A stretch of 64,000 nt of DNA from Candidatus Bathyarchaeota archaeon (GTDB lineage Archaea > Thermoproteota > Bathyarchaeia > Bathyarchaeales > Bathycorpusculaceae): NCBI GenBank assembly GCA_963707955.1, contig OY970176.1, forward strand, positions 448,001 through 512,000. The letters run 5' to 3'. The notes beneath the pieces are model-generated. The model made no database searches. It had not been told where the DNA came from and saw only the letters and a program-made list of their open reading frames with translations. Positions 50,010 through 59,777 of this stretch are shown piece after piece. The position numbers and the translations under genes are program-made. Numbering within the stretch: the first letter of the stretch is position 1; each line of letters begins with the position of its first letter.

Positions 50010-51773
50010 TCAGACTTCAGTTATTTTCTTGAGTTGATTGTGGTACATCTCTAGCACCTCGGCAGATGTCGTTGCATCTTCCGGTGCCTTGTCAACCCTG
50101 TAATTTCCTGTAAACCTTGGAAAACGAATGGCAAGCCCGCTGCCCTTGCGCACAGAATCCAAAGCGCACGTGTGAATCGGGCTCAGAGTGATCTCCGCAC
50201 CCAAGACTTCGACAACGACAACAGGTTCAAACCACACGTCCGCTTCAAGCAGCGAATCAACCCTAGGATGCCTGTGCTGAACAACATGCTTCTGCAACAT
50301 ACTAGGAAGCTTCGCCAAATCCTGGTCCGTGAAACCTGTCCCACACTTCGTAACGGTCTCAAAAGTGTCATCTTCAGCATCGTACGTTGCCAAAAGGAGG
50401 GCACCGTACTTTCCAGCCCTCTTTCCCCTACCATGAAAAGCCCCAACAACAACCAGGTCAACAGTGTCCTTCATCTCGCTCTTGTAGTCACGCTTGTACT
50501 TTATCCACAGCCATCCCCTAGCTCCGGTTTGGTACACGGAATCCCTCGCGATCGACTTGCACACTAAGCCCTCGCAACCGTTCTGAATAGCCTCTAAAAA
50601 GAACTTTTCAAGCTCAGCCGCGTTATCGGTTATCGTGCGGTCCGCGAGCTTCGCATGGTCGCTTTCTCTTATGGTTTTTTCGAGGATCTTCCTCCTTAAA
50701 GGGTATGGTTCCAGAGTCAGGTCTTTTCCGTTGACATAGAGGGCTTCAAACATGAAGAGCGAAACAGGATAGTCCTCAATGGCCTTGTCAATCTCGTACT
50801 TGCGTCTGCGATGCATAAGCTCCTGGAACGGCCTCATTTCGCCAGTGTCAGGGTCAACCGCAACGCATTCACACTCAAGAATAGCCTCCTTGGCCTTAAC
50901 ATGCTGCTTAAACAGCTTAACAGCGTCTGGATACTGACTTGATATGTTCTCCAGACGACGAGAAAAAAGCGTCACATCGTCCCCCCGTTTATGAGCCTGG
51001 AGACGCTCACCGTCATACTTGTACTCGGCTACGCATTTTCCTCCGAGTTTCTCAAGGATCTCCTCAGGGGACGAAAGCCGTTCAGCCAGCATCGGCCTAA
51101 TAGGCTCGCCGATTGAAACCTGAAAACTCTTGATGCCTTCGAGGCCCTTTTCAACGAGGGTCTTAGCGACTCTTCCGAGGTCAGAACAGATATTATAAGC
51201 ACGTTCAACGTGTTCTCGGGCTTCCTTGCCACCGCCGTAGGCTATAGCCAGAGCATCGAGAACCGTCATGTCTGCTATGCCTAGGCGCAGGTTCCCAGTT
51301 ACGGTCCTCAAAATGTACTTTGCTTCACTGGGAGACGCCGCAGCCAACAAGCCAGCCAAGAGGGCCATCTTCGTGTCAACGGCACCCGTCCCAGATGCTT
51401 TAGCCATTTTGTCAAGAGTTTCGTAGACTTTTTCAACCGTTAATGCTTGTTGAAAAAAGGTCACTTGCTTCTTGTTGGCTAAAAACTTTCGGCCTGTTTC
51501 ACCGACATCTCCACTCTTCTTCATGTCCTCTTCGATCTGGCTTTCCCTGCTCCCGGTAGCTCTCGCCAGAGCCTTCACTGCGAGCTTTTCAGCCACTCCG
51601 ATCTCTGTTCCCACAAAATCAGGGTATATCCTGCCCTGAGTGAGGTATGCAACCTTGTCTATGACCTGTCTCGGAGTGTTTTTGAGAAGGTCAACAAGCA
51701 GATCTGTCATCTCTAACCGTTTCTTCGTCCCCTCAATCTGTTCATAAGCCTCAGCAATCATGCTGTACTTCAA
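50010..51773 (-). CDS. lig: ATP-dependent DNA ligase
   Basis: PMLA, EYKYDGER (motif I), EGLVCK, WIKYKRDY and RFPRF. Confidence 0.97.
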   Translation of the reverse strand: MKYSMIAEAYEQIEGTKKRLEMTDLLVDLLKNTPRQVIDKVAYLTQGRIYPDFVGTEIGVAEKLAVKALARATGSRESQIEEDMKKSGDVGETGRKFLANKKQVTFFQQALTVEKVYETLDKMAKASGTGAVDTKMALLAGLLAAASPSEAKYILRTVTGNLRLGIADMTVLDALAIAYGGGKEAREHVERAYNICSDLGRVAKTLVEKGLEGIKSFQVSIGEPIRPMLAERLSSPEEILEKLGGKCVAEYKYDGERLQAHKRGDDVTLFSRRLENISSQYPDAVKLFKQHVKAKEAILECECVAVDPDTGEMRPFQELMHRRRKYEIDKAIEDYPVSLFMFEALYVNGKDLTLEPYPLRRKILEKTIRESDHAKLADRTITDNAAELEKFFLEAIQNGCEGLVCKSIARDSVYQTGARGWLWIKYKRDYKSEMKDTVDLVVVGAFHGRGKRAGKYGALLLATYDAEDDTFETVTKCGTGFTDQDLAKLPSMLQKHVVQHRHPRVDSLLEADVWFEPVVVVEVLGAEITLSPIHTCALDSVRKGSGLAIRFPRFTGNYRVDKAPEDATTSAEVLEMYHNQLKKITEV

Positions 51774-51889
51774 TCTTGAAGCCCCACGTTAAGGTGCAAT
51801 CTGGAAGATATTAAGACTTCACCCAAACAGTTTAGTGGCAAATTTGCAGCATGTTTGACTGCGAGCTTGCAATTTAAAGGCTCTTTTCC

Positions 51890-52412
51890 CTAGAAGGTTT
51901 CTGGGTGAACGATCTGGTCCATCGGCCTCTTGCTTCTGGGTGAAGCGGACTCGGCGGCATAACCAACGGGGACTATGGCAACGGGCCTTATTCCTTGAGG
52001 AACGTTCAGTATCCTTCTCACCTCTTCTTCCCTGAACGCACCAACCCAGCACGTACCTAGACCGAGAGAGTAGGCGGCCAAGTGAATGTTCTGTACAGCC
52101 GCAGCCGTGTCTTGTATGCAATACAGCGATTTGCCCCGGTCACCGTAGCGTTGCGAAGAACGATTCTCGTTTGCACACACAACGATCACAACGGCAGCTT
52201 CCTTGATGAAAGACTGTTCCCAAGCTGCTTCCACAATTCCTCTTTTTAGCTCTGGCTTTCTGATGATCACGAATTCCCACGGTTGAATGTTTCCAGCAGA
52301 GGGGGCCCACATTGCCGCGTCAATGAGACTTCGCAACGTCCTCATCTGAAACGTCGCGTCTCTTGAACGCCCTTATGCTTCTCCTTCCTTTGATAGCTTC
52401 AAACACGTCCAT
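51890..52412 (-). CDS. Nitroreductase family protein; +1 frameshift at ~52332
   Basis: MDVFEAIKGRRSIRAFK in one frame continues as LIDAAMWAPSAGNIQPWEF...NIHLAAYSLGLGTCWVG. Confidence 0.88.
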
Positions 52413-52650
52413 GATTTCAACTCTCCCTTCAGCGCTTGCAAACGTTCTCACAGTGCAAAAGCCTTAAGTCTTTTCATGCGTCACTTGCTTTTGGATGATG
52501 AGTCTGAGAGTCAACAGAGCTCATGCTGTGATGTGACTCGACGGGCGAACTGACACTTTCTTATAGAGAAAACTTATGAACGGAAACCACTGTTGAAAAA
52601 AGGAAAATTACGATGCACCGATGTGAGTCGCAACAGGGAAAAGGGGAAAT

Positions 52651-54321
52651 TTGTCGAGAAAGAGAATCATCGAAGTTCTAGACGCCGCATCATCTAGAAG
52701 AACAGTAAAATATGCAGTGTACTTGATTGCGATAATCCTGTTTTTTGGGTTGATTCTGCTTCCCCCAATACTTGGAATAGCCCTCAAATGGGGCGCAATC
52801 GGAGTGGTTCTCAACGATGCACCTCTCATGAATCGCGCTTTGAACGCGATAGCAAACAGCTTCACGATAGCCTTGTTCGTTGCGTCAATCGATCTCATAG
52901 CGGGAATTCCTATGGCATGGCTCATAGCCCGGAAAAGATCAAGAGGGTCAAACGTTCTTGACACGTTGTCTGATATCCCGTTTATTGTTCCAACTGCAGT
53001 GCTTGGTTACTCACTTCTGCTTTTCTGGAATGGACCCACGGGAATATCCGCACTTTTCACTGGACCGCTCATTTCAGAGGGATGGCTCCTCATAATACTG
53101 CTCCACTTCACTTTTTCGTTTCCTGTTGTCGTCAGAGTCATGGTCGGAGCATTGCTTGACTACAAGCGAGAGTTCGAGAACGCATCCAGAACACTGGGTG
53201 CTCCACCGTTTACTGCGTCAAGAACCGTTACGTTTCCTATAATAAAACCATCATTAATAGCCGCCTTCATACTTGCCTTTTCAAGGTCAGTCTCAGAAAC
53301 AGGCGCAACTTTCATCGTCGCAGGAGCTTTCGAGAACGGTTCAATCTTCCTGCAGAACATAAAAAACACGTTCGGACCCAAAGATCCTACGTACTACGGG
53401 GCGACCGTTTTTGCAAGTTTTGTTCTCATTGCAGTTTCTGTAGCAATCTTCATAATAATTCGCGCGGTAGGTCCAAGGTTGAAACTGCCTGTCAGACGAA
53501 TTTGGCCGTCTTTTGAAAGAAAACTCAGCTATTCAAAAGCGGAATCCTCAAGGAACGCTGTTACACTGGCTGTCTTTTTGGTCATCGTCCTAGTCCCGTC
53601 TCTTTTCGTTGCGCTTCCAGCGTTCCAAGCGGTGTTCACTAATACGCTAAGCGAGTCCATACGGGGGGCAGGCATCTGGGGAGACTATTGGCAGGGCTTG
53701 CTTCTTTCCTACGGCCTCGCTGCAATAGTCACTGTGCTTAACGTAGTCATAGGATTGCCTATGGCTATTTTTATCGCAAGGAGAAAAGTAGGCAAGTTTC
53801 AATCAGCGATTTTGGACATTCTCGTCAACATTCCCCTTGTAGTGCCCTCGATAGCACTAGGCTTTTCGCTGGGCATTTTTTGGACACATATTTTCACGTC
53901 CATACCGGAGTTTCTGCTGCTGATCTTTGCTCACCTTGCGATCACGTACCCATACTTCGTAAGATCAATGTCTGCCGCTGTTGAAAGGATCAGCATGGAC
54001 ATGGAAGAGGCTTCAAGAACTCTCGGAGCCAAACCCTTAGGAGTCTTCAGGACCATCGTTCTGCCTTTGACTAAGTACTCTATACTTTCAGGTGCGATAC
54101 TCGTCTTCACGAGAAGCGTAAGCGAAACCGGTGCGACTTTGGCAGTGGCGACTTCTCTCAAAACTGTGCCGGTGGTGCTCGTGAACTGGATAAGGCCTCC
54201 AGCTGGTGCGCCGCACCCCACGGCGTTGCAGATAGGGTTAGGAAGCGGTTTTCTAATACTGTTCTCATTCATCATTCTTCTAGCGTTGAGGCTTGTCGTG
54301 AAAGAGAAAGGAAGATACTAG
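52651..54321 (+). CDS. ABC transporter permease, two fused BPD_transp domains (FbpB/ThiP/CysTW-like)
   Basis: Two EAA loops (FENASRTLGA, MEEASRTLGA) and two RSVSETGAT motifs. Confidence 0.88.
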   Translation: MSRKRIIEVLDAASSRRTVKYAVYLIAIILFFGLILLPPILGIALKWGAIGVVLNDAPLMNRALNAIANSFTIALFVASIDLIAGIPMAWLIARKRSRGSNVLDTLSDIPFIVPTAVLGYSLLLFWNGPTGISALFTGPLISEGWLLIILLHFTFSFPVVVRVMVGALLDYKREFENASRTLGAPPFTASRTVTFPIIKPSLIAAFILAFSRSVSETGATFIVAGAFENGSIFLQNIKNTFGPKDPTYYGATVFASFVLIAVSVAIFIIIRAVGPRLKLPVRRIWPSFERKLSYSKAESSRNAVTLAVFLVIVLVPSLFVALPAFQAVFTNTLSESIRGAGIWGDYWQGLLLSYGLAAIVTVLNVVIGLPMAIFIARRKVGKFQSAILDILVNIPLVVPSIALGFSLGIFWTHIFTSIPEFLLLIFAHLAITYPYFVRSMSAAVERISMDMEEASRTLGAKPLGVFRTIVLPLTKYSILSGAILVFTRSVSETGATLAVATSLKTVPVVLVNWIRPPAGAPHPTALQIGLGSGFLILFSFIILLALRLVVKEKGRY

Positions 54322-54397
54322 AATGCTTAATAGACAAACCTTAGCCTATCACGTTCACTCAGGCAATCGTACATCCAAAGGGGAGGTTACCTGACAA

Positions 54398-55501
54398 ATG
54401 CCGGATGTCCGCATAGAAAACGTCACTAAGAAATTTGGGAAACTCTTAGCGGTAGACGACGTGAGCCTTCACGTTCATGAAAAAGAATACTTCGCTCTGC
54501 TCGGACCAAGCGGATGTGGAAAAACAACGCTCCTAAGGCTTATTGCAGGACTGATTAAGCCGGACAGAGGAAAAATATACATCGGGGACAGACTCGTCAA
54601 CGATATCCCGCCGGAAGACCGAGACATAGGCTTCGTCTTTCAAACGTTCGCTCTGTTCCCCCATATGGACGCTTGGAACAACGTGACCTACGGCCCAAAA
54701 GTGAAGGGCTTCGACATGAAGAAAGCAAATACAATTGGACATGAAGTGCTTGAAATGGTCAGGCTGCATGAAAGACTAGATGCTTTCCCAAGCGAGCTGA
54801 GCGGAGGAATGATGCAGAGAATAGCCGTTGCGAGGGCGCTGGCAGCAGGCGCCAAACTGCTGCTTCTGGATGAACCGCTCGGGCAGTTGGATGCAAAGGT
54901 GAGGAACGACCTCAGATACGAGATCAGAAAGATGACCAAGGATTTGGGGTTGACGGCTATTCACGTGACGCATGATCAGTCTGAGGCCATGGCGATCTCC
55001 GACAGAATTGCCGTCATGAAGAAGGGAAGCATCAAACAGGTGGGAACGCCGAGTGAGCTCTACATGTCCCCGGAAAACCTGTTCGTGGCCAACTTCATAG
55101 GAGAATCAGACTTCCTGGAAGGATACGTGGCTGAGTCTGAAAACAAACAAACGTTAATAGAGCTTCGTGGCGGTATAAGGGTTCAAGCCGTCAACAACGA
55201 AGTGAAAAAGGGTGAGAGAGTGGTTCTGGCGATAAGACCTGAAGCCTTCAGCCTCGAAGAAGGAAGAAGAAACGACACAAACTCGATGATGGGCAAGGTT
55301 GACAGAGTGACTTTTGAGGGAACAAACATACGGTACGACATCATGCTTGAGAATGAGGACCACATAGTAATAGTCAAGCCTTCAATGATGGGACAATGGT
55401 TCAAGGTTGATGAAGAAGTGACCGTCAGCTTCCCCCCCGAGAAGTCTCACATGTTCCAGTACCCAGAAACGGGACTCAAGGAGGAATTGGCTGTTGAGTG
55501 A
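54398..55501 (+). CDS. ABC transporter ATP-binding protein (PotA/FbpC-like with TOBE domain)
   Basis: GPSGCGKTT, LSGGMMQR, LLDEP, HVTHDQSEA and FVANFIG. Confidence 0.92.
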   Translation: MPDVRIENVTKKFGKLLAVDDVSLHVHEKEYFALLGPSGCGKTTLLRLIAGLIKPDRGKIYIGDRLVNDIPPEDRDIGFVFQTFALFPHMDAWNNVTYGPKVKGFDMKKANTIGHEVLEMVRLHERLDAFPSELSGGMMQRIAVARALAAGAKLLLLDEPLGQLDAKVRNDLRYEIRKMTKDLGLTAIHVTHDQSEAMAISDRIAVMKKGSIKQVGTPSELYMSPENLFVANFIGESDFLEGYVAESENKQTLIELRGGIRVQAVNNEVKKGERVVLAIRPEAFSLEEGRRNDTNSMMGKVDRVTFEGTNIRYDIMLENEDHIVIVKPSMMGQWFKVDEEVTVSFPPEKSHMFQYPETGLKEELAVE

Positions 55502-56153
55502 CCTAATAAAGTGGTTCGCGAAGCGACAGGAAACAAAGGCTCTGTCCGCAGTTCAGCGTCATCTAGCGTTGACAACGGGCATAGTGGAAGACTTGGAGAA
55601 GGCGATAAGAGCGGCCATCAAGGCCGATTTGAAGGAGATGAAGACATGCATCGACAGAGTGGTGAGCAGTGAAAAAGAAGCGGACGCGCTGCGCAGAAAG
55701 ATTATGTCCGAAATATCAACGGGGGAGCTCTCACCCAATGATCGAGAGGACTTGATGGACCTCGTGAAGAGAGTGGACATGGTCGCCGACTGGAGCAGAG
55801 AATCAACGCGCATCCTCGGTGCTATACCGATGGAACATGTTCCAGCATCGATTAAAGATGAGTTAATAGAGATGGTTCTAAGCGTAGAACAGTGTGCTGT
55901 TTCCCTTCAGACATGCGTGAACAGGATGATGAAGAAAACAGAGGAAGCTCTTCAAGCTGCGGACGCGGTGGAAAGGGAAGAGGAAAAAGTCGACGACATA
56001 CACGAGAAAGCCCGAATCCTCCTTGGAAAAGAAGACTTGCCGAGGGCCGGCGTAGCCGTGCTAGTAAGCCAGCTTTTTGAAGCCTTGGAGATGATCGCCG
56101 ACTCATGCGAGGACGCATGTGACCAAGTCAGAGTGATAATAGTCAGAAAATAG
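55494..56153 (+). CDS. DUF47 / PhoU-like protein
   Basis: Two repeats E.EAD.LRR...REDL...D.VAD and EEKVDDI...LE.IADSCEDA.D. Confidence 0.85.
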   Translation: MSDLIKWFAKRQETKALSAVQRHLALTTGIVEDLEKAIRAAIKADLKEMKTCIDRVVSSEKEADALRRKIMSEISTGELSPNDREDLMDLVKRVDMVADWSRESTRILGAIPMEHVPASIKDELIEMVLSVEQCAVSLQTCVNRMMKKTEEALQAADAVEREEEKVDDIHEKARILLGKEDLPRAGVAVLVSQLFEALEMIADSCEDACDQVRVIIVRK

Positions 56154-56175
56154 TCAGAAAATGAGGTGAAAACAC

Positions 56176-56460
56176 ATGTCAGAAACAAGAATAAACATAA
56201 ATGAACTCAAAAGCGAAGGAAGCGACCTGATAAAAGAACTGACCACATTCCTGAAAGAAAAAACCAACGCTAAAGTTGAAGCCGAAACAGACGAACTCGT
56301 CGTCAAAGGGGAAGAAACAAACGTCTCAAGAACATACCTGCGAGTTCTACTGAAAAAGTTCCTACACAAGAAAGAGCTGAAAGACTCTTTCAGAGTGATA
56401 GGCGGCAAAGAAAACACGCTGATCGTCAAGGGCAAGAAGGCATATGAAGAGGAAGAGTAG
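56176..56460 (+). CDS. rpl22e: Ribosomal protein eL22 homolog
   Basis: FLKEK...SRTYLRVLLKKFLHKKELKDSFRVI resembles eukaryotic eL22 (SKRYLKYLTKKYLKK..LRDWLRVV); GAGGTGA RBS. Confidence 0.78.
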   Translation: MSETRININELKSEGSDLIKELTTFLKEKTNAKVEAETDELVVKGEETNVSRTYLRVLLKKFLHKKELKDSFRVIGGKENTLIVKGKKAYEEEE

Positions 56461-56613
56461 CTCCTCATCCCCTGAAAACCTCACCCTTTTCTTCGCACGT
56501 TCTTCTCAAGTAACCAAGCAGGAAACCGACAAGCCAACGTTAAAACAGGCCTCTAAGCATAATCTAAGCAGGACACACAAAAAACAGAAAACGGAGCGAA
56601 GACAGAAAACATT

Positions 56614-56830
56614 AAAAAGTCACGACCCTTGCCCAGACTCTCGGCCCAGCCCTCGATACGCACTTGGCCTCAAGCCCACACAAATCCAGTAGGGCCTTCA
56701 TCAGCGCCCACGTGCAGTGCTAGCACCCTAGGGGGGAGGGTAAAATAGACGAGGCCAAAACGCGAATACAGGGATGTAGCGTTTCCCGCATGGTTCTAAG
56801 GAGTGCACGTCAGTCATATTTCCCCGACCC
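56614..56830 (-). ncRNA. Candidate structured non-coding RNA with K-turn-like motif
   Basis: GC-rich intergenic stretch with several long complementary segments, GCT-GAT-GA-AGGCCC...GGGCTT-GA-GGC, ending in TTTTT. No family recognised. Confidence 0.4.
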
Positions 56831-56857
56831 TATCAACCTCTCTAGAACATACGCCGG

Positions 56858-57763
56858 CTAACGCTGGCTGTTCCTGATAACGAAGAATATGCCGGCCAGA
56901 ACCATGGCAGCACCTAATGCGAAAACTGGAGCAGGCACCTCCCGAAAAGCAGCTATACCTAGAAGCGTTGCACCCACGGGCTCCAATAAAGCAAGAGAGG
57001 CCGCCTCAAACGATTTAAGGTTCGACAAAGAAGAAAAATAAAGCGTATGAGCGATCGCCGTCGGAAGCAATCCAAGCCCGACCAGCAGAAGAGCGGTTTC
57101 TGCAACAAGCGGAAACGGTGAAATCAAGTTTCCAGCGGGCACGCTCAACACGGCCACGATAACCGCTGAAAAAGCGTAAATAGGCAGCATCGCCGACAAC
57201 AGACCCATCTCCTTCCTGACCCTCCCACCATAGTTGAGGTAGAAAGCCTCAAGCGCACCCGCAACCACGCCCTCCAAGTCGCCCTTCAACGTTGGAGAAA
57301 CACTCTGACCAACCGTCTTCACAGCCGCCGTCTCACCGAAGGCAATGACGCACACGCCTATGAAAGAGACCATTATGCCCACGAGCGCAAAGCGGGATGG
57401 TTTAACCCTGAAAACATAGCTCGAAACAAACATCGAAAAAATCGGCGCAGTGCTCACCAGAACGGTCGCGTTCAAGATCGTCGTATCCCGCACAGAAAAA
57501 GTGAAAAAAACGAAGTGAAGACCCAAGAAAAGACCAAGAACCAAGAGCTCTTTCAAGTTCTCCCTCACAAGCTTAAACTGAAACACTCGACGACACACCA
57601 CCAGCACCGCAACCAATGCAGCGCAGGCTATAACGAGACGCCAGAACACGATAGAGAAGGAATCCAGACCCTGCACAAACCTAATGAAGACAACCGCCGT
57701 TCCGAAGAAAACGCCGGCAGTCACCCCCTCTGCCAAAGCTTGCCTTCTCGTCCTGCCCTGCAA
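56858..57763 (-). CDS. EamA/DMT family transporter
   Basis: About 10 TM; FWRL, ATVLVSTAPIF, GDL, TAIAHTLY and LLEPVGATLLG. Confidence 0.9.
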   Translation of the reverse strand: MQGRTRRQALAEGVTAGVFFGTAVVFIRFVQGLDSFSIVFWRLVIACAALVAVLVVCRRVFQFKLVRENLKELLVLGLFLGLHFVFFTFSVRDTTILNATVLVSTAPIFSMFVSSYVFRVKPSRFALVGIMVSFIGVCVIAFGETAAVKTVGQSVSPTLKGDLEGVVAGALEAFYLNYGGRVRKEMGLLSAMLPIYAFSAVIVAVLSVPAGNLISPFPLVAETALLLVGLGLLPTAIAHTLYFSSLSNLKSFEAASLALLEPVGATLLGIAAFREVPAPVFALGAAMVLAGIFFVIRNSQR

Positions 57764-57910
57764 ACAGACACCCTCAAACAGTAGACTCGAACAAGCGTCT
57801 ACCCGACGAATCCACAAACCTCGCGAAGAACAAAAACGAACAAACAGGCGCTCTCATTTCTCAGCCACGATCAAATGTGTTTCAAGAAAAATGTTACGCT
57901 TGTTCCCGCG

Positions 57911-58219
57911 CTAGAGAAGCTCTATGGTCACATGAACTTCTTCGGGAACACGTATGCGCATGATTCGACGCATGACCCGTTCTTCTGCGTCTATGTCAAT
58001 GAGCCGCTTATGAATTCTCATTTCCCACTTGTCCCAAGTAGAGGTCCCCTCACCGCAGGGTGACTTGAGAACGGGAACTCTCAGTCGCTTAGTGGGCAAA
58101 GGAACGGGTCCATTGATCTTAACTCCTGTTTTCTGGGCGATGACCTTCAGCTCCTCACATACTTCTTCTAGTTTCCCGTAGTCCGTGCTTGTCAAGCGTA
58201 TGCGCGCTTTCCTAACCAT
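57911..58219 (-). CDS. rpsJ: 30S ribosomal protein uS10
   Basis: [38 protein letters not shown]. Confidence 0.97.
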   Translation of the reverse strand: MVRKARIRLTSTDYGKLEEVCEELKVIAQKTGVKINGPVPLPTKRLRVPVLKSPCGEGTSTWDKWEMRIHKRLIDIDAEERVMRRIMRIRVPEEVHVTIELL

Positions 58220-58345
58220 TGCCCATCAATCCTGGAACTCTTCTACCAAACAGATTTATCGCGTATCTACCTTAGACAATTAGCCGCAAATAAAAACTTA
58301 TCGAAGCAAAAAAAGGTAGCAGAGCCAGCCTAAATCAGGTAGACC

Positions 58346-59005
58346 ATGAAAAACATGAAGCTTCACGTTAAAGGAATAATTTTAGATTTGGACGGCACGC
58401 TGGTAGATTCAAGACAAGCTTACTTAGAGGCGGCAAGAATAGCTTTTTCAGCAGTGGGACAGCAAACAGTCAGCATCAAAATGGTCATAGAAATCCCCAG
58501 AAGGTTTGAACAGGGCATTCCACTCGATGATTTGTTGCCGGGGGTTGACGTGAAGAAGTTCCGACGAATATACCTAAAGTCGTTTTACCAGGCAGTTGCC
58601 GTTATGGCGAAACCATTACCTGACATTGCAAACAGCCTCAAGAAGCTTTCAGAAAAGGCGAAACTTGCACTAACCACAAGACGCAAAGTCCCTAACAAAG
58701 TCGTTATTGAACAGCTAAAAGAATTTGGTTTAGAACGATATTTCCAAGCTGTGGTAACTGCATGCGATAAGTTCAGTCCAAAACCTTCTCCCGACGCCCT
58801 TATAGAATGTTCAAGAAAACTGGGCGTAAAAACAAGTGAATGTGCAGTCGTTGGAGACTCGATCGTTGACCTAGAGGCTGGAAGGCGTGCCGGAGCTAAG
58901 ACAGTCGCAGTCTTGTCTGGAATTTTCTCTTGCTACGAGCTGAAGAAAGAAAAACCAGACCTGATCCTGGCAAGTGTCAGAGAATTGCCAGATTTCCTGG
59001 AATAG
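58346..59005 (+). CDS. HAD-superfamily hydrolase (phosphoglycolate phosphatase-like)
   Basis: DLDGTLVDS, KPSPD and VGDSIVD motifs. Confidence 0.92.
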   Translation: MKNMKLHVKGIILDLDGTLVDSRQAYLEAARIAFSAVGQQTVSIKMVIEIPRRFEQGIPLDDLLPGVDVKKFRRIYLKSFYQAVAVMAKPLPDIANSLKKLSEKAKLALTTRRKVPNKVVIEQLKEFGLERYFQAVVTACDKFSPKPSPDALIECSRKLGVKTSECAVVGDSIVDLEAGRRAGAKTVAVLSGIFSCYELKKEKPDLILASVRELPDFLE

Positions 59006-59122
59006 TGCCAAAATGAACCTTTAGAATATTTCTAGAGAGGAAATATAGCTGAAAATTAGTGAACAGAGTTATAGAAGCGATCACGAATAAAGCTTATTAA
59101 AAGGCCAAAGGTCTAGTTTTAG

Positions 59123-59764
59123 ATGTGGAGAAGGCTTCGAGAAGGAGTACCTGTGAACTTCATCGAAACATTGTTATCAGAAAAACTGTTAGAGAAGAAC
59201 CCCCTCATCGACGTGTTAGTTGCGGATCGCAAGGTACTCCAAATAGCGTGCGAAGACCTGACGAACTTCCTCAAAGTCCATTGGGATCTCATTGGAAAGG
59301 AAGCAAGTCAATGTGACGTTGCAGAAGAGCTCGAGAGGACCTTCGAAGAGAACTCGAAAGAGCTGGAAGAATTCTTGAGTGTTTGGACGGGCATGTGGTT
59401 CAAGAAGTGGAAAGAACGAGTCAAACTTCTCATCGGCAATGACAACTCGAAGAGATGGAACAACGCCACAAGAATCCTCAACAACGCCGAACCAATATGG
59501 CAAGGGCTCTCTTGTCACCAAGAAATGGAAGATATCGTGATCTCCACGTTGATCAAGAACGGGGAGATATGTGGAACCTCAATCCTTGCAGAAAACCTCT
59601 TGAAGATGGAGTTAGGCAGTGAAAAGAAAACATACACGAACGACAAAGAGCAAGTGGTGAACGTTGTTAACAACGTTTTGACAAAGGCGAGGGAACTGAC
59701 ACAGAGCAAGGGCCCGTTGATCTTTGTCAAGGTCGATAAGGGGTACTATCAATCAACGCAGTAG
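59123..59764 (+). CDS. Hypothetical protein
   Basis: 213-aa ORF preceded by a CTTATTAA TATA-like box. Confidence 0.75.
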   Translation: MWRRLREGVPVNFIETLLSEKLLEKNPLIDVLVADRKVLQIACEDLTNFLKVHWDLIGKEASQCDVAEELERTFEENSKELEEFLSVWTGMWFKKWKERVKLLIGNDNSKRWNNATRILNNAEPIWQGLSCHQEMEDIVISTLIKNGEICGTSILAENLLKMELGSEKKTYTNDKEQVVNVVNNVLTKARELTQSKGPLIFVKVDKGYYQSTQ

Positions 59765-59777
59765 AACGAGACAATTC

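Noticed and set aside
56667-56705. CTGATGA + stem resembling a hammerhead ribozyme core
   Set aside because: The stem is followed by GAGG instead of the required GAAA; a K-turn fits better.
56614-56830. SRP RNA or RNase P RNA
   Set aside because: No SRP helix-8 motif, and no GAGGAAAGUCC / AACAGAA P4 signatures.
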